Source: Bacteroidota bacterium (lineage in GTDB: Bacteria; Bacteroidota; Bacteroidia; Cytophagales; UBA9547). Taken from it: a stretch of 64,000 nt of DNA. The DNA lies in assembly GCA_033763735.1 (NCBI GenBank), contig JANRJY010000115.1, forward strand, positions 26,612 to 90,611, given 5' to 3'. Shown one piece after another: positions 34,972 through 44,499 of the stretch. Within the stretch, counting starts at the first letter, position 1, and each line of letters starts with the position of its first letter. The translations under genes were made by a program, and so were the position numbers. The notes below the pieces were generated by a model, which worked only from the letters and a program-made list of their open reading frames with translations, had not been told where the DNA came from and did not search any database.

Positions 34972-37377
34972 CTACTTCAACTTAAATCTCGCACCCGCAT
35001 AAAACATTCGGCCTATGATGGGGCCCCATACTAAAGAAGCATCGAAATATTGGCTATAGGGTGCATTGGCAGCAATAATTAGGTCTTGTTGGCGGAAATC
35101 GAGAAGGTTTTCGCAACCCAAATATACATCCCACCAGGTTTTCATTGGGTTGCCAAAGCTTTTGGATATTTGGGCATTCATTAAAAAAAAGTCGGGGCTG
35201 TAACTGGGTCGCTGATATTCAGTTGGGTTAGAGGAAGTATTGGGCAATCGTTTAGGTCCGTTCCAGTTGATGGTGTAGTCAAACTTCCATTTGCTTTTGG
35301 TTTCATAGGCAATGTTTGCAAATGCACGATGCTTGGATATGAATGGTCGCTCCAAAAGTTCGCCATGATACGTAGTTTTTACATCATACATTCTATATGC
35401 AAGTCGAATGTCGAGCCTTTTGAGCAGTTCATAATCCACTTCAGCTTGAAAGCTATTGGCATATGATTGACCATTAAGGTTGTAAATATTCAGTTGCTGA
35501 GGCGATTGGTCCAAATCTACAACCACTTGATTCACAAAGTCGGTTCGGTAATAATCGACTGTAATATTTCCCTTGCGGTAATCTAGTTTAAAATCTTGTG
35601 ATAGACTGGCTCCATAGTTCCACGAAACTTCAGGTTTTAAATTGAAATAAGTAATATTTTGGGTGAAATCATTGTAATTAATTCCTCCAAAATATTCTCC
35701 ATTACTGAATGCAATGTCTTTACTTGACAAATAAAATTTATTATTTATAATTATTGATCTGTTACTAACTAAATAATTCATATTATCAGAAAATACTGTT
35801 GGAGTTCGTTGTCCTCTTCCTCCGGAAAACCTTATGGATGTTTTTTCTGTAATATCTATTTTCCCGTGTAACCTGGGAGTAATGTAAGCTCCAAATAAAT
35901 TGTTATAATCAGCTCTTAATGAAGGTATAATTGTTATTCTTTGAGAAATTTGCCAAGTATATTCAAAAAAAGCACCTGGGACTATTTCTGTTCTCTTGAA
36001 TTTAAAGGCACTTTCAGGTATTGGATATGATTCTGAAAGTTCATCCCGAACGAGACTCAATCCAGTTCTGAATTTGTGATTGGTATTACCAATAATGGAT
36101 TGATAAATAAGATTTGCATATGAACTATTTTGAAAGCCATCGTAAGGAAACAATCCAAAATTATTGGATTGAACATGAAATAATTGATTGATTATTAATC
36201 CAATGCTTTTGTATTTTTTTTCTGGAAAAACATAACCTAATTTACTAAATCCTTCTAATCGCTGTGTATTTAAATTGACATTATATAATGGTGCTTTAAG
36301 CCCTTCAATATTCTCATTTGGAGCTACGCGAATTCCGCTATTTGATAAATTAGTTTGTTCATACTGACCACCCGTTCTTTCATCTACCAAAGCTTTCACT
36401 CCAAACTGTACGATCCAGTTGTTATGTTCAAACTTCCAACGATTTACCCCATTGAATTGATATCCAAGAGGAATGTCCAAAAACTTATCATCATTCATAT
36501 CAACTCGGTTGTTGATTCCGTTGGCATGGAGTAGGGTAGTAGTGCTCCATTTTTTACTTAACTTATTGGTAATGTTCAGGTTGCCTTCGGTTCGTCCCAT
36601 CATATTCACATAAGCATTAGCATATACTCTTTCGCCTACTTTGGGGGTTACTTCGGTTTTCTTAAGTTCTACATTGATTTGACCGGTCATGCTTTCGTAG
36701 CCATTGACCACTGAACCTACACCTTTGGTTACTTGAATGCTTTCAATCCATGGGCCGGGAATATAGCTCATGCCATAGTTGGCGGCCAATCCGCGTATAC
36801 CGGGCATGTTTTCAGTTGTCATCTGGGTGTAAATGCCTGATAGTCCGAGCATTTGAATTTGCTTTGCGCCAGTAGCCGCATCGGGGTACGACACATCCAC
36901 CGAAGGATTGGTTTCAAAGCTTTCGGAAAGGTTGCAACATGCGGCCTTGAATAATTCTTTTTCAGACATATTTTTGGTGTTCAAAGGCTCCAATGCATTA
37001 ATAGATGATGATGAAATGCGTTCCGTAATTTCGACTTCATTCAGTTCCTTACTTCCTTCTTGAGCTAATATTACTCGTGCTTGTGAGGTGCCTTTTACAT
37101 CAATCGTGTCGCTTTTAAAACCTATATAACTGATTACAAGTTGCCCCACCCCTAACCCCTCCCCAATGGAGAGGGGAACTTGTATTTTGAAAGCCCCGGA
37201 AGTATCCGTTACGGTTCCTTCATTTGTACCTAACCAAATAACAGGAGCCCCAACCAATGGAACAAACTGTCCTTTTTTTGTTTCTTCTAACACCACCCCA
37301 CGCACATATTTTTGAGCATGGGTAACAGAGGCAATTATTACAAATAAGACCAGTATTAAGCTTCTTATAGTTTTCAT
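34972..37377 (-). CDS. TonB-dependent receptor, heavy-metal associated type
   Basis: N-terminal carboxypeptidase-regulatory-like domain, plug with KAACCNLSESFETN, IESIQVTKG, C-terminal GRMFYAGARFKLK. Confidence 0.9.
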   Translation of the reverse strand: MKTIRSLILVLFVIIASVTHAQKYVRGVVLEETKKGQFVPLVGAPVIWLGTNEGTVTDTSGAFKIQVPLSIGEGLGVGQLVISYIGFKSDTIDVKGTSQARVILAQEGSKELNEVEITERISSSSINALEPLNTKNMSEKELFKAACCNLSESFETNPSVDVSYPDAATGAKQIQMLGLSGIYTQMTTENMPGIRGLAANYGMSYIPGPWIESIQVTKGVGSVVNGYESMTGQINVELKKTEVTPKVGERVYANAYVNMMGRTEGNLNITNKLSKKWSTTTLLHANGINNRVDMNDDKFLDIPLGYQFNGVNRWKFEHNNWIVQFGVKALVDERTGGQYEQTNLSNSGIRVAPNENIEGLKAPLYNVNLNTQRLEGFSKLGYVFPEKKYKSIGLIINQLFHVQSNNFGLFPYDGFQNSSYANLIYQSIIGNTNHKFRTGLSLVRDELSESYPIPESAFKFKRTEIVPGAFFEYTWQISQRITIIPSLRADYNNLFGAYITPRLHGKIDITEKTSIRFSGGRGQRTPTVFSDNMNYLVSNRSIIINNKFYLSSKDIAFSNGEYFGGINYNDFTQNITYFNLKPEVSWNYGASLSQDFKLDYRKGNITVDYYRTDFVNQVVVDLDQSPQQLNIYNLNGQSYANSFQAEVDYELLKRLDIRLAYRMYDVKTTYHGELLERPFISKHRAFANIAYETKSKWKFDYTINWNGPKRLPNTSSNPTEYQRPSYSPDFFLMNAQISKSFGNPMKTWWDVYLGCENLLDFRQQDLIIAANAPYSQYFDASLVWGPIIGRMFYAGARFKLK
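37144..37179. repeat. GC-rich REP-like palindrome inserted in frame in the TonB receptor gene
   Basis: CCCCACCCCTAACCCCTCCCCAATGGAGAGGGGAAC, encoding VPLSIGEGLGVG. Confidence 0.6.
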
Positions 37378-37456
37378 TTGCAACACGATTTTTTTTGAGT
37401 GAATAATAACTTCAAAGTGTATTTAATCAATTGCCATATTTTTATTACTAATGCTC

Positions 37457-38116
37457 TTAGTGACATGAAATCCCATGTTTTTTAAGTTGATAATAATTAT
37501 ATGGTAGTGGGGCAATAAATCCCATAATTAATGATATAGCGATTGCCATCCAATAGAAAGGCTGAGATGGATCAACTTGTCCCCCAGTAAGAAGTAAATC
37601 GGTTGCATTTTCAGTAATTTCCATCGTGACCATGGATAAAAAAGACATACCGAATGCCGTTTTTAAAGCGGTAATCCAGTCAAATTTTTCGTTGATTTTG
37701 AGAACAACCGTTTCTAGAATTATTGACGTGGTTAGTCCGGAAATCATAGCAATCATCATCATCAAATACATGTTGATATGTATGTGATTGGACTGAAAAT
37801 AAATAATAACACCAAAATCGCCTATCGAGCATCCAATGAGACAACTTAAGGTGTTTTTGGCAGCTCTTTTCCAAGTAAATGTATCATTCCAGAATGAATT
37901 ATCAGGAACTTCGTTTTCATACACTCTATATTTTGAATTTGATTCTAAGGCTTTATTAAGTTGACTGGCATCAATATGACTATTCATATCAACTGTTACA
38001 TGCTCAAAGTCATTAATATTAACTTGAGTGACGCCCTCAACTGTAGACAGAATTTTTTTAACTTTTACTTGACATCCCGCACATGTCATTCCGGTTACTT
38101 TATATGTATGTTTCAT
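37457..38116 (-). CDS. HMA domain fused to DUF4396-like membrane domain
   Basis: GMTCAGC; TLSCLIGCSIGDFG; C-terminal SCH. Confidence 0.85.
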   Translation of the reverse strand: MKHTYKVTGMTCAGCQVKVKKILSTVEGVTQVNINDFEHVTVDMNSHIDASQLNKALESNSKYRVYENEVPDNSFWNDTFTWKRAAKNTLSCLIGCSIGDFGVIIYFQSNHIHINMYLMMMIAMISGLTTSIILETVVLKINEKFDWITALKTAFGMSFLSMVTMEITENATDLLLTGGQVDPSQPFYWMAIAISLIMGFIAPLPYNYYQLKKHGISCH

Positions 38117-38209
38117 TTTGTTAAAATTTAATGATACAAAGTAACAAACTGAAAATGAGATGTTTAGTGCAATATTTTAGAAAAAATGTATAAAATTTTT
38201 GTTTTAGTT

Positions 38210-38752
38210 TCAACTATATGCGTGCAGTTTAATGAACTGGCTGGGTGTCATACCTGTATATTTTTTAAATTGATTGGAAAGTGCTTGGCTGCTACTATAA
38301 TTCAGTCGAAAAGCAATTTCGCTGATGGTTAATTCCTTGTATTTGATTAATTCTTTAACCTTGTCAATTTTTAATTGAATGATATACTTTTCAATGGTAA
38401 CATTTTCAATTGATGAAAATAAATTGCTTAGATAAGAATAATCCATGCCTAATTTTTGGCTTAGATAGGTGGAGTAATTGGAATGAATATTATTCTCATG
38501 GTTAATAATTAGTTCAATGAGATTGTACTTGATTTTTTCGATAAGTGCTGTTTTTTTATCTTCTAAAATACTAAATCCAAATTTCTCTAATTCTGTATTG
38601 AGATTTAACAATTGTTGTTTCTCTGGGTTATTAACGAGAATTGCTGAGCCTATTTTTACCATATCATATGGGATTGAAAGCCGTTGTAATGTTTGTTCAA
38701 CAACCATCACACAACGGCTACAAACCATATTTTTAATATTAACCACATGCAT
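38210..38752 (-). CDS. AraC family regulator with N-terminal metal-binding CxxC
   Basis: IKNMVCSRC; HTH TISEIAFRLNYSS...FKKYTGMTPSQF. Confidence 0.9.
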   Translation of the reverse strand: MHVVNIKNMVCSRCVMVVEQTLQRLSIPYDMVKIGSAILVNNPEKQQLLNLNTELEKFGFSILEDKKTALIEKIKYNLIELIINHENNIHSNYSTYLSQKLGMDYSYLSNLFSSIENVTIEKYIIQLKIDKVKELIKYKELTISEIAFRLNYSSSQALSNQFKKYTGMTPSQFIKLHAYS

Positions 38753-38754
38753 GA

Positions 38755-39087
38755 TTATTTCTTCCTTGTGTATTGACAACACTCCGGAAGAGCATTATAG
38801 GCAGCGTCATCTGCTTTTTTCAATTCAGTATCGTAACCTGATGATGCAATTAATTCATGAAGTTTATCCTGATTGATTTTTGCAGGCAAATAAACAATTT
38901 CAATGATTTTGGTTTCCTTGTTCCAATTGGCTGATTTTACACCTTTTGTATCCAATGATCCTTCAATGGTTTTCTTACACATTTCGCAATTGCCATAAAC
39001 CTTAAACTTGATTGTTTCGGTTTCTTTTGTTTGGCTAAATGAAGAAATACTGATTAATAAAGCGAGAGAAATTAATATAGATTTCAT
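38755..39087 (-). CDS. Exported heavy-metal-associated (HMA) chaperone
   Basis: Signal peptide, VYGNCEMCK and LPECCQY motifs. Confidence 0.88.
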   Translation of the reverse strand: MKSILISLALLISISSFSQTKETETIKFKVYGNCEMCKKTIEGSLDTKGVKSANWNKETKIIEIVYLPAKINQDKLHELIASSGYDTELKKADDAAYNALPECCQYTRKK

Positions 39088-39117
39088 TTTTAATTGATTA
39101 AGATGATTAAAGATATT

Positions 39118-39486
39118 TTACATTTTTGAACAACAATTTTTGTCTTCTTTTTTGCACATATCTGTTGAACAACAAGTTTTGCCCATGGCTGTGGTGTCGT
39201 CTTTCATGGACATACATTTATCCATATCAGTACATGATTTTTCGCAGCAACCCATAGAAGCCGACTTTTTGTCCATTGAACAACAACTATTGTTGCTTTT
39301 AGTACATGAGTCAGTATTGCAACATTCTTTACCGCAAGTTGCATCTGCGCTACTCATAGCTTTGCATGAGTCCATTTTGCAACAAGATTTGCCACAACAT
39401 TTACTTGTTGTGGTTTCTTTATTGGAGTTGCACGAAATAGCTAACCCACATATTATTAGGGCAATCGAAACAATTATATTTTTCAT
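39118..39486 (-). CDS. Cys/Met-rich metallothionein-like lipoprotein
   Basis: Lipobox LAISC; 22 Cys (7 CC pairs) and 11 Met in 122 aa; no aromatic residues. Confidence 0.7.
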   Translation of the reverse strand: MKNIIVSIALIICGLAISCNSNKETTTSKCCGKSCCKMDSCKAMSSADATCGKECCNTDSCTKSNNSCCSMDKKSASMGCCEKSCTDMDKCMSMKDDTTAMGKTCCSTDMCKKEDKNCCSKM

Positions 39487-39510
39487 TTTTATATAAATTT
39501 ATTTGGTTTA

Positions 39511-39536
39511 AACAGTCGGTTGTAAAACCGACTGTT
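39511..39536. terminator. Intergenic hairpin
   Basis: Perfect 11-bp stem AACAGTCGGTT-GTAA-AACCGACTGTT. Confidence 0.55.
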
Positions 39537-39549
39537 GATTTGATTTGAA

Positions 39550-39963
39550 CTATTTTTTCAGACAATGCATCACACATGCAGCTGCTTTTAGTTGTGCTTT
39601 GTCAACAGTTCCTAATAAAGTACCGGACTTATCCATAATACTGCATTTTCCATCTTTGTCCGCTGCTGATACGGTATAAATAACGGTGCCGGATCCATCT
39701 TTAAATGATCCGTTATCCATGATTTCACCCATTTTCATTCCCATTTTGTCTTTCAATGAGTTGCCTTCGATTTTGCCCAATACAGCACCCTTTGCATCCG
39801 TAATTGTACCATCACTCGATACGCTAGCTACTACAATTCCTTTTTCATCCGTCACTTTGCCACTGGCGTCAATTTTGACTGCTTTGTAGTTTTGAGAGAA
39901 GGCCACAGATACACTTAACATTGTTGCTGCTATAATAGCAGCGATTTTTACTAACTTTTTCAT
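39550..39963 (-). CDS. Exported beta-hairpin repeat protein with C-terminal CxxHC
   Basis: Signal peptide; repeated DxxGxxxG units; AAACVMHCL. Confidence 0.65.
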   Translation of the reverse strand: MKKLVKIAAIIAATMLSVSVAFSQNYKAVKIDASGKVTDEKGIVVASVSSDGTITDAKGAVLGKIEGNSLKDKMGMKMGEIMDNGSFKDGSGTVIYTVSAADKDGKCSIMDKSGTLLGTVDKAQLKAAACVMHCLKK

Positions 39964-40119
39964 TTTATTAATATTGATTGATTTAAAATAACGTGTTTAC
40001 AGGTACACGATTCGACCTTTTTGATAGTCCAATTTAAATAGTAAATAATTGATTGTAAATGACATAGCTCATCTTTCGAGACGAAAAATGTCAACTTTCT
40101 TTAAATTAAAAATTACAAA

Positions 40120-40485
40120 TCAAATTTGGATAATCCTGATAAAAATATGAATGGGTACTTTGTATAGAACAAAGTGTTTTTGAATAATAGAAAGTTTGTG
40201 AAAAGATTCGATTTTATCTAAAACAGACAAATAAAAACTAGAAACATAGGGTGCGAATGAAAAATTGTATTCAAATGATTGATGTTCATTTGCAGAATGC
40301 TTAACTATTACCTTTGAGGAGCAACAATTGCTTTTTTTTGACTCATTGCCACATGCACATCCTTTTGCTTCAGCATTGATTGAAAATGCAATAATCCTGT
40401 CCGAACAATAGTGAAGACTGATTGAAAAGCCTGTTACGGAGTATAGATATAAAAATATGAATAAGCCTAAAAACCTGCGTTTCAT
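40120..40485 (-). CDS. HYC_CC_PP family protein
   Basis: SLHYCS, GCACG and NCCS motifs; first gene of the metal operon. Confidence 0.75.
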   Translation of the reverse strand: MKRRFLGLFIFLYLYSVTGFSISLHYCSDRIIAFSINAEAKGCACGNESKKSNCCSSKVIVKHSANEHQSFEYNFSFAPYVSSFYLSVLDKIESFHKLSIIQKHFVLYKVPIHIFIRIIQI

Positions 40486-40556
40486 ATAACAAATATACAA
40501 TTAAATTAAATATTTGGTTCTCTAACTGACAAAAATCATTCTAGAGGTACATTAAC

Positions 40557-40643
40557 AGCAAAGAATTAGAAGATTTTCGCAAAGAAAACGCAAAGTTTTT
40601 TTTCTTTAATTTCTTTGCGTTACACTTAGCGACCTTTGCGGTT
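40557..40643. repeat. Short CGCAAAG/CTTTGCG inverted repeat cluster downstream of the GxxExxY gene
   Basis: CGCAAAGAAAACGCAAAG ... CTTTGCGTTACACTTAGCGACCTTTGCGG. Confidence 0.55.
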
Positions 40644-40657
40644 ATTAAACCATAAAA

Positions 40658-41035
40658 TTATAATTTATTAACTACTCTTTTTATGCCATCTTTCAACTTA
40701 AAAACATTAAAGTTTATAAGTAACCCTAATTTATAATTTCCTAGTTTCATATAAGTCAAGGTTTGTGCCAAATGGACATCATTTAAAGTTTCCACGCTTT
40801 TTATTTCAATAACTACTTTATTTTCAACCAGCAAATCTATTCTATATCCACATTCCAATTTAACTCCTTCATATGTTAATGGCATAGGTTTTTCTTTTTC
40901 AACAAACAAACCTGACTGTACCATTTTGTAATATAAACATTCCTTGTATGCATTTTCAAGTAAGCCAGGACCTAATGCAGTATGGATTTCTATGCCTACG
41001 CCAATTATTTTACTAGATAGTTCATTTTCAGTCAT
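40658..41035 (-). CDS. GxxExxY protein (PD-(D/E)XK fold)
   Basis: LGPGLLENAY, RIDLLVE, IEIKS and GLLINF motifs. Confidence 0.93.
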   Translation of the reverse strand: MTENELSSKIIGVGIEIHTALGPGLLENAYKECLYYKMVQSGLFVEKEKPMPLTYEGVKLECGYRIDLLVENKVVIEIKSVETLNDVHLAQTLTYMKLGNYKLGLLINFNVFKLKDGIKRVVNKL

Positions 41036-41040
41036 TGCTA

Positions 41041-41964
41041 TTATCTTATACCTTCAACTTTATTTCCAGCCAAGTATTCCTTTATATTCATCTTCCTTTT
41101 ACCTTCAGGCTGAATATTGATTAATGAAATAGAGCCTTCGTTGCATTTGATTAATACAAATGATTTTCCATCGGTTTCAAATGGGGATTGTATGGTACTT
41201 TCAATTATCTGTACTTCGTGCACTTTTGTATAAGTATTGTTTAAATAGCAATAAGCGGAGGGAAATGGGTTTAAACCCCGCACAAAGTCATACACATGCT
41301 TAGCCGATTGATTAAAATTAATTTGACAATGCTCTTTGAATATTTTGGGCGCAGTTTTTAAAATTTGATTCGAATTTTGGGGAATAGGATTAAACTTACT
41401 GTTATGATCAATTAACTGAACCGTTCGTAAAATCAAATCAGCTCCTTTGTGCATCAATCGTTCATACAAAGTACCTGCAGTATCGTTATAATGTATGGGT
41501 TCTGATTCTTGTAAAATTAAATCACCCGTATCAATTTCGTGTTTTAAAAAGAAAGTTGTGATGCCTGTTTGAGTTTCTCCATTGATTATCGCCCAATTGA
41601 TTGGTGCGGCACCTCTATATTGAGGCAAAAGACTTGCGTGTAGATTAAAAGTGCCCAAACGTGGCATGTTCCAAACCATTTCGGGTAACATCCGGAATGC
41701 AACTACTATTTGTAAGTCAGCTTTATAGGACTTGAGTTCGTTGATAAATGATTCGTCTTTCAGTTTGACAGGTTGAAGGACAGGTATGTTTAATTTTAAA
41801 GCTGCAAGTTTAACTGCGGATTCACCAAGTTGTAGACCTCTTCCTTGTGGTTTGTCAGGAGTGGTAATCACAGCTACCACATTAAAGCCATTTTTGACCA
41901 AAATTTCAAGACCGGGCACCGCAAATTCCGGAGTACCCATGTATATGATACGAAGTTGTTGCAA
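41041..41964 (-). CDS. fmt: Methionyl-tRNA formyltransferase
   Basis: YMGTPEFAV, NLHASLLPQYRGAAPINWA and IDTGD motifs. Confidence 0.96.
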   Translation of the reverse strand: MQQLRIIYMGTPEFAVPGLEILVKNGFNVVAVITTPDKPQGRGLQLGESAVKLAALKLNIPVLQPVKLKDESFINELKSYKADLQIVVAFRMLPEMVWNMPRLGTFNLHASLLPQYRGAAPINWAIINGETQTGITTFFLKHEIDTGDLILQESEPIHYNDTAGTLYERLMHKGADLILRTVQLIDHNSKFNPIPQNSNQILKTAPKIFKEHCQINFNQSAKHVYDFVRGLNPFPSAYCYLNNTYTKVHEVQIIESTIQSPFETDGKSFVLIKCNEGSISLINIQPEGKRKMNIKEYLAGNKVEGIR

Positions 41965-42008
41965 TTTAATTGGATTTAATTTCTTTTATAAATTGTATTT
42001 TTTTTAAA

Positions 42009-42076
42009 AGATTGCTTCTTTTCACTCGCAATGACGTGTTTCTATTTACGTCATTTTGAACTTAGTGAAGCAATCT
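42009..42076. repeat. REP-like inverted pair, AGATTGCTTC...CGCAATGAC family
   Basis: AGATTGCTTC (42009) ... GAAGCAATCT (42067-42076). Confidence 0.65.
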
Positions 42077-42139
42077 CAATTTTTTGATACTTTATGTTTT
42101 TACATTTTTCAAAAGTACATTAAGAATGTTATTAAATAA

Positions 42140-42172
42140 AAAAAGCCATCTGACATTATCAGATGACTTTTT
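42140..42172 (-). terminator. Intrinsic terminator
   Basis: AAAAGCCATCTGA/TCAGATGACTTTT stem with A/T tails. Confidence 0.65.
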
Positions 42173-42192
42173 AACTTCTAACTGAAATAAGG

Positions 42193-42549
42193 TCAATTTT
42201 CTTTAATAATAAATGATATAGGTAATTCCACAACTTTATTTTCACCTTTGTATAAAGATGAAGATATTTTGTTGGGTGTATTTTTGATAATCTTAATTAG
42301 TTGATTGTCAATTTGTTCGTTTACACCATTTACTACATATACGGAATCAAATCCACTAGAAGATACATTGAGTTTAAACCGGAAAGTCCCTTGAACATGT
42401 TCGTCAATAAAGTCAATGTTACGGTTTATTTGTTTTGAAATATATTGACGAAATTCAGTGTTTGCGCGCGCATTAGCCTCTTTACTTTGGCCGGAAGCAA
42501 CAGTCATACCAATCATTAGTATGGCTGCTGATAATATTACTTTTTTCAT
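42193..42549 (-). CDS. Exported protein, TonB C-terminal-like fold
   Basis: Signal peptide; VQG.F...V...G and ELPISF pattern. Confidence 0.5.
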   Translation of the reverse strand: MKKVILSAAILMIGMTVASGQSKEANARANTEFRQYISKQINRNIDFIDEHVQGTFRFKLNVSSSGFDSVYVVNGVNEQIDNQLIKIIKNTPNKISSSLYKGENKVVELPISFIIKEN

Positions 42550-42818
42550 TTTAGTAATTTGGTTAATTACAATACAAATGTCGCAGTTATAATAATATAA
42601 TGCAATGATGAATTTATTAATTCATTGTAAATGAATACTATTATATTGGAATAATACAATTAATTAAAAAGTTCTTGAATTGTTTATATCGGATTCATTG
42701 AATTGTACAAAACTAATAAATACGTTTATTGGATAATTCATGTTTATTTATAAGATTAGTACCATTTTATTTCAATTTTCAATAAAATTTGTAATCTTGT
42801 ACATTAAAATGGGATTAA

Positions 42819-43253
42819 ATGAAACGAATTATTGAATTAATAGCACCTAAAATATGTGGAACTGTTTTGGCAAAAATGAGTCCAATATTAGATAAGGCAA
42901 GAGAAAAATCGAATGAAGAATTCTATAATGTGTTTTTGGAACAAATATTAGAAAATAAAGTTGCTGTATATTTTGATGATAAAGTTTCGTTGGAAGAATT
43001 GAATTATAATTTGCGCACGCTCATAATTGATAATCATATTAATGTAGATACAATTGCAAATGATTTCAATGAAAACGAAGGAGCTGATGGCATGTTAGGG
43101 ATAGCCGCTAAAACTTTCAGAAAGCAAGGATGGGCAATATGTGATTTTGATTCTGACCCAAAAATATATTATTTGTCCATAGTGCCTATTTCATCCCAAA
43201 ATGAGTTGAGCAAGTTTGTAAAGGAAAATGGACTTTTTGTTCAGTTTTTTTAG
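42819..43253 (+). CDS. Hypothetical protein
   Basis: 144-aa ORF with normal codon usage. Confidence 0.6.
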   Translation: MKRIIELIAPKICGTVLAKMSPILDKAREKSNEEFYNVFLEQILENKVAVYFDDKVSLEELNYNLRTLIIDNHINVDTIANDFNENEGADGMLGIAAKTFRKQGWAICDFDSDPKIYYLSIVPISSQNELSKFVKENGLFVQFF

Positions 43254-44452
43254 TTATAAAGTCTTTTCAAAGCAAGTTCGGATACTGTTTTGCCGATTGA
43301 CAATGAAGATGTTGCAGCAGGTGAGGGTGCATTACACACCTGAATCATGTGTTCATTTTCAATAATGCTAAAATCATCGAGCAAGCCTCCCTCTCTATCG
43401 CAAGCTTGTGCTCTAACACCTGAGTTGGCAGGAATCAAGTCATCCTTTTGTACTTCAGGAACCAATCTTTGTAGTGCTTTAGTAAACGCACTTTTTGAAA
43501 ATGATCTGTAATACTCTCCCAATCCTGTTTTCCAATATTTGATTGCTACTTTTTGAAAACCCGGCCAGGTAATGGAGTCGGTGAATTCTTTAAAATCAAA
43601 ATCCAGTTTACGATAGCCTTCTTTTTTAAAGGCAAATACGGCATTTGGACCTGCTTCAACACCTCCATGAACCATATTGGTGAAGTGTACACCTAGGAAA
43701 GGGAAATTTGGGTCAGGTACGGGATATATTAATGTTTTGACCAAATATTGTTTTTCAGGCTTAAGCATGTAGTATTCGCCTCTGAAAGGAATGATTCTCA
43801 CATTCAAATCTTTATTTACCAAACGTGCAATACTATCACTATAGAGTCCGGCACAATTAATTACTATTTTTGCTTCGAAAGTATTATTTGGTGTGATTAC
43901 TTCAGAGCCTTGTGTTTTATTTTTTACAGAAATTACTTTTTCATTGTTAAATATTTCTCCTCCCTGATTTTGAAATAGATAAGCAAGTTTGTTAACGATT
44001 TCGGTATAGTCAATTATACCGGTATAAGGCACTTTTATTGCTTCTATACCACTACAATGAGGTTCGATTTCTTTAAGTTCCGATTGATTTATTTTTTTAA
44101 TTTTATCAAGACCATTATCTATTCCTCTTTTGTAAACATTGTTAAGTGCTTCCAATTCTGAAGTTTGTGTCGCCACAATTACTTTGCCGCATAGATTGTA
44201 CTTAATATCGTTTTTGTTGGCAAAATCAAGAAGCATATTGTAGCCATTAATGCAGTTGGTTGCTTTTAAGCTTCCCGGTTTGTAATAGATGCCAGAATGA
44301 ATAACCCCACTATTGTTTCCAGTTTGGTGTTGGCTTAGTTTTGATTCCTTTTCAAGAAGTGCAATTTTAAGGCTGGGTTTTTGTTCTTTTAATTTGAATG
44401 CGGTGGCCACTCCCACAATTCCTCCTCCTATTATAATGATATCGTATTTCAT
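43250..44452 (-). CDS. lhgO: L-2-hydroxyglutarate oxidase
   Basis: GGGIVG, HQTGNNSGVIHSGIYY, PFLGVHFT and NAPSPAATSS motifs. Confidence 0.92.
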   Translation of the reverse strand: MKYDIIIIGGGIVGVATAFKLKEQKPSLKIALLEKESKLSQHQTGNNSGVIHSGIYYKPGSLKATNCINGYNMLLDFANKNDIKYNLCGKVIVATQTSELEALNNVYKRGIDNGLDKIKKINQSELKEIEPHCSGIEAIKVPYTGIIDYTEIVNKLAYLFQNQGGEIFNNEKVISVKNKTQGSEVITPNNTFEAKIVINCAGLYSDSIARLVNKDLNVRIIPFRGEYYMLKPEKQYLVKTLIYPVPDPNFPFLGVHFTNMVHGGVEAGPNAVFAFKKEGYRKLDFDFKEFTDSITWPGFQKVAIKYWKTGLGEYYRSFSKSAFTKALQRLVPEVQKDDLIPANSGVRAQACDREGGLLDDFSIIENEHMIQVCNAPSPAATSSLSIGKTVSELALKRLYN

Positions 44453-44499
44453 TAATTAACTTATTATTAAATTGGGCTGCAAATATAGTATTTACGACA

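Noticed and set aside
34972..37377. SusC of a polysaccharide utilisation locus
   Set aside because: No SusD follows, the SusC signature is absent, and the context and Cys-Cys plug point to metals.
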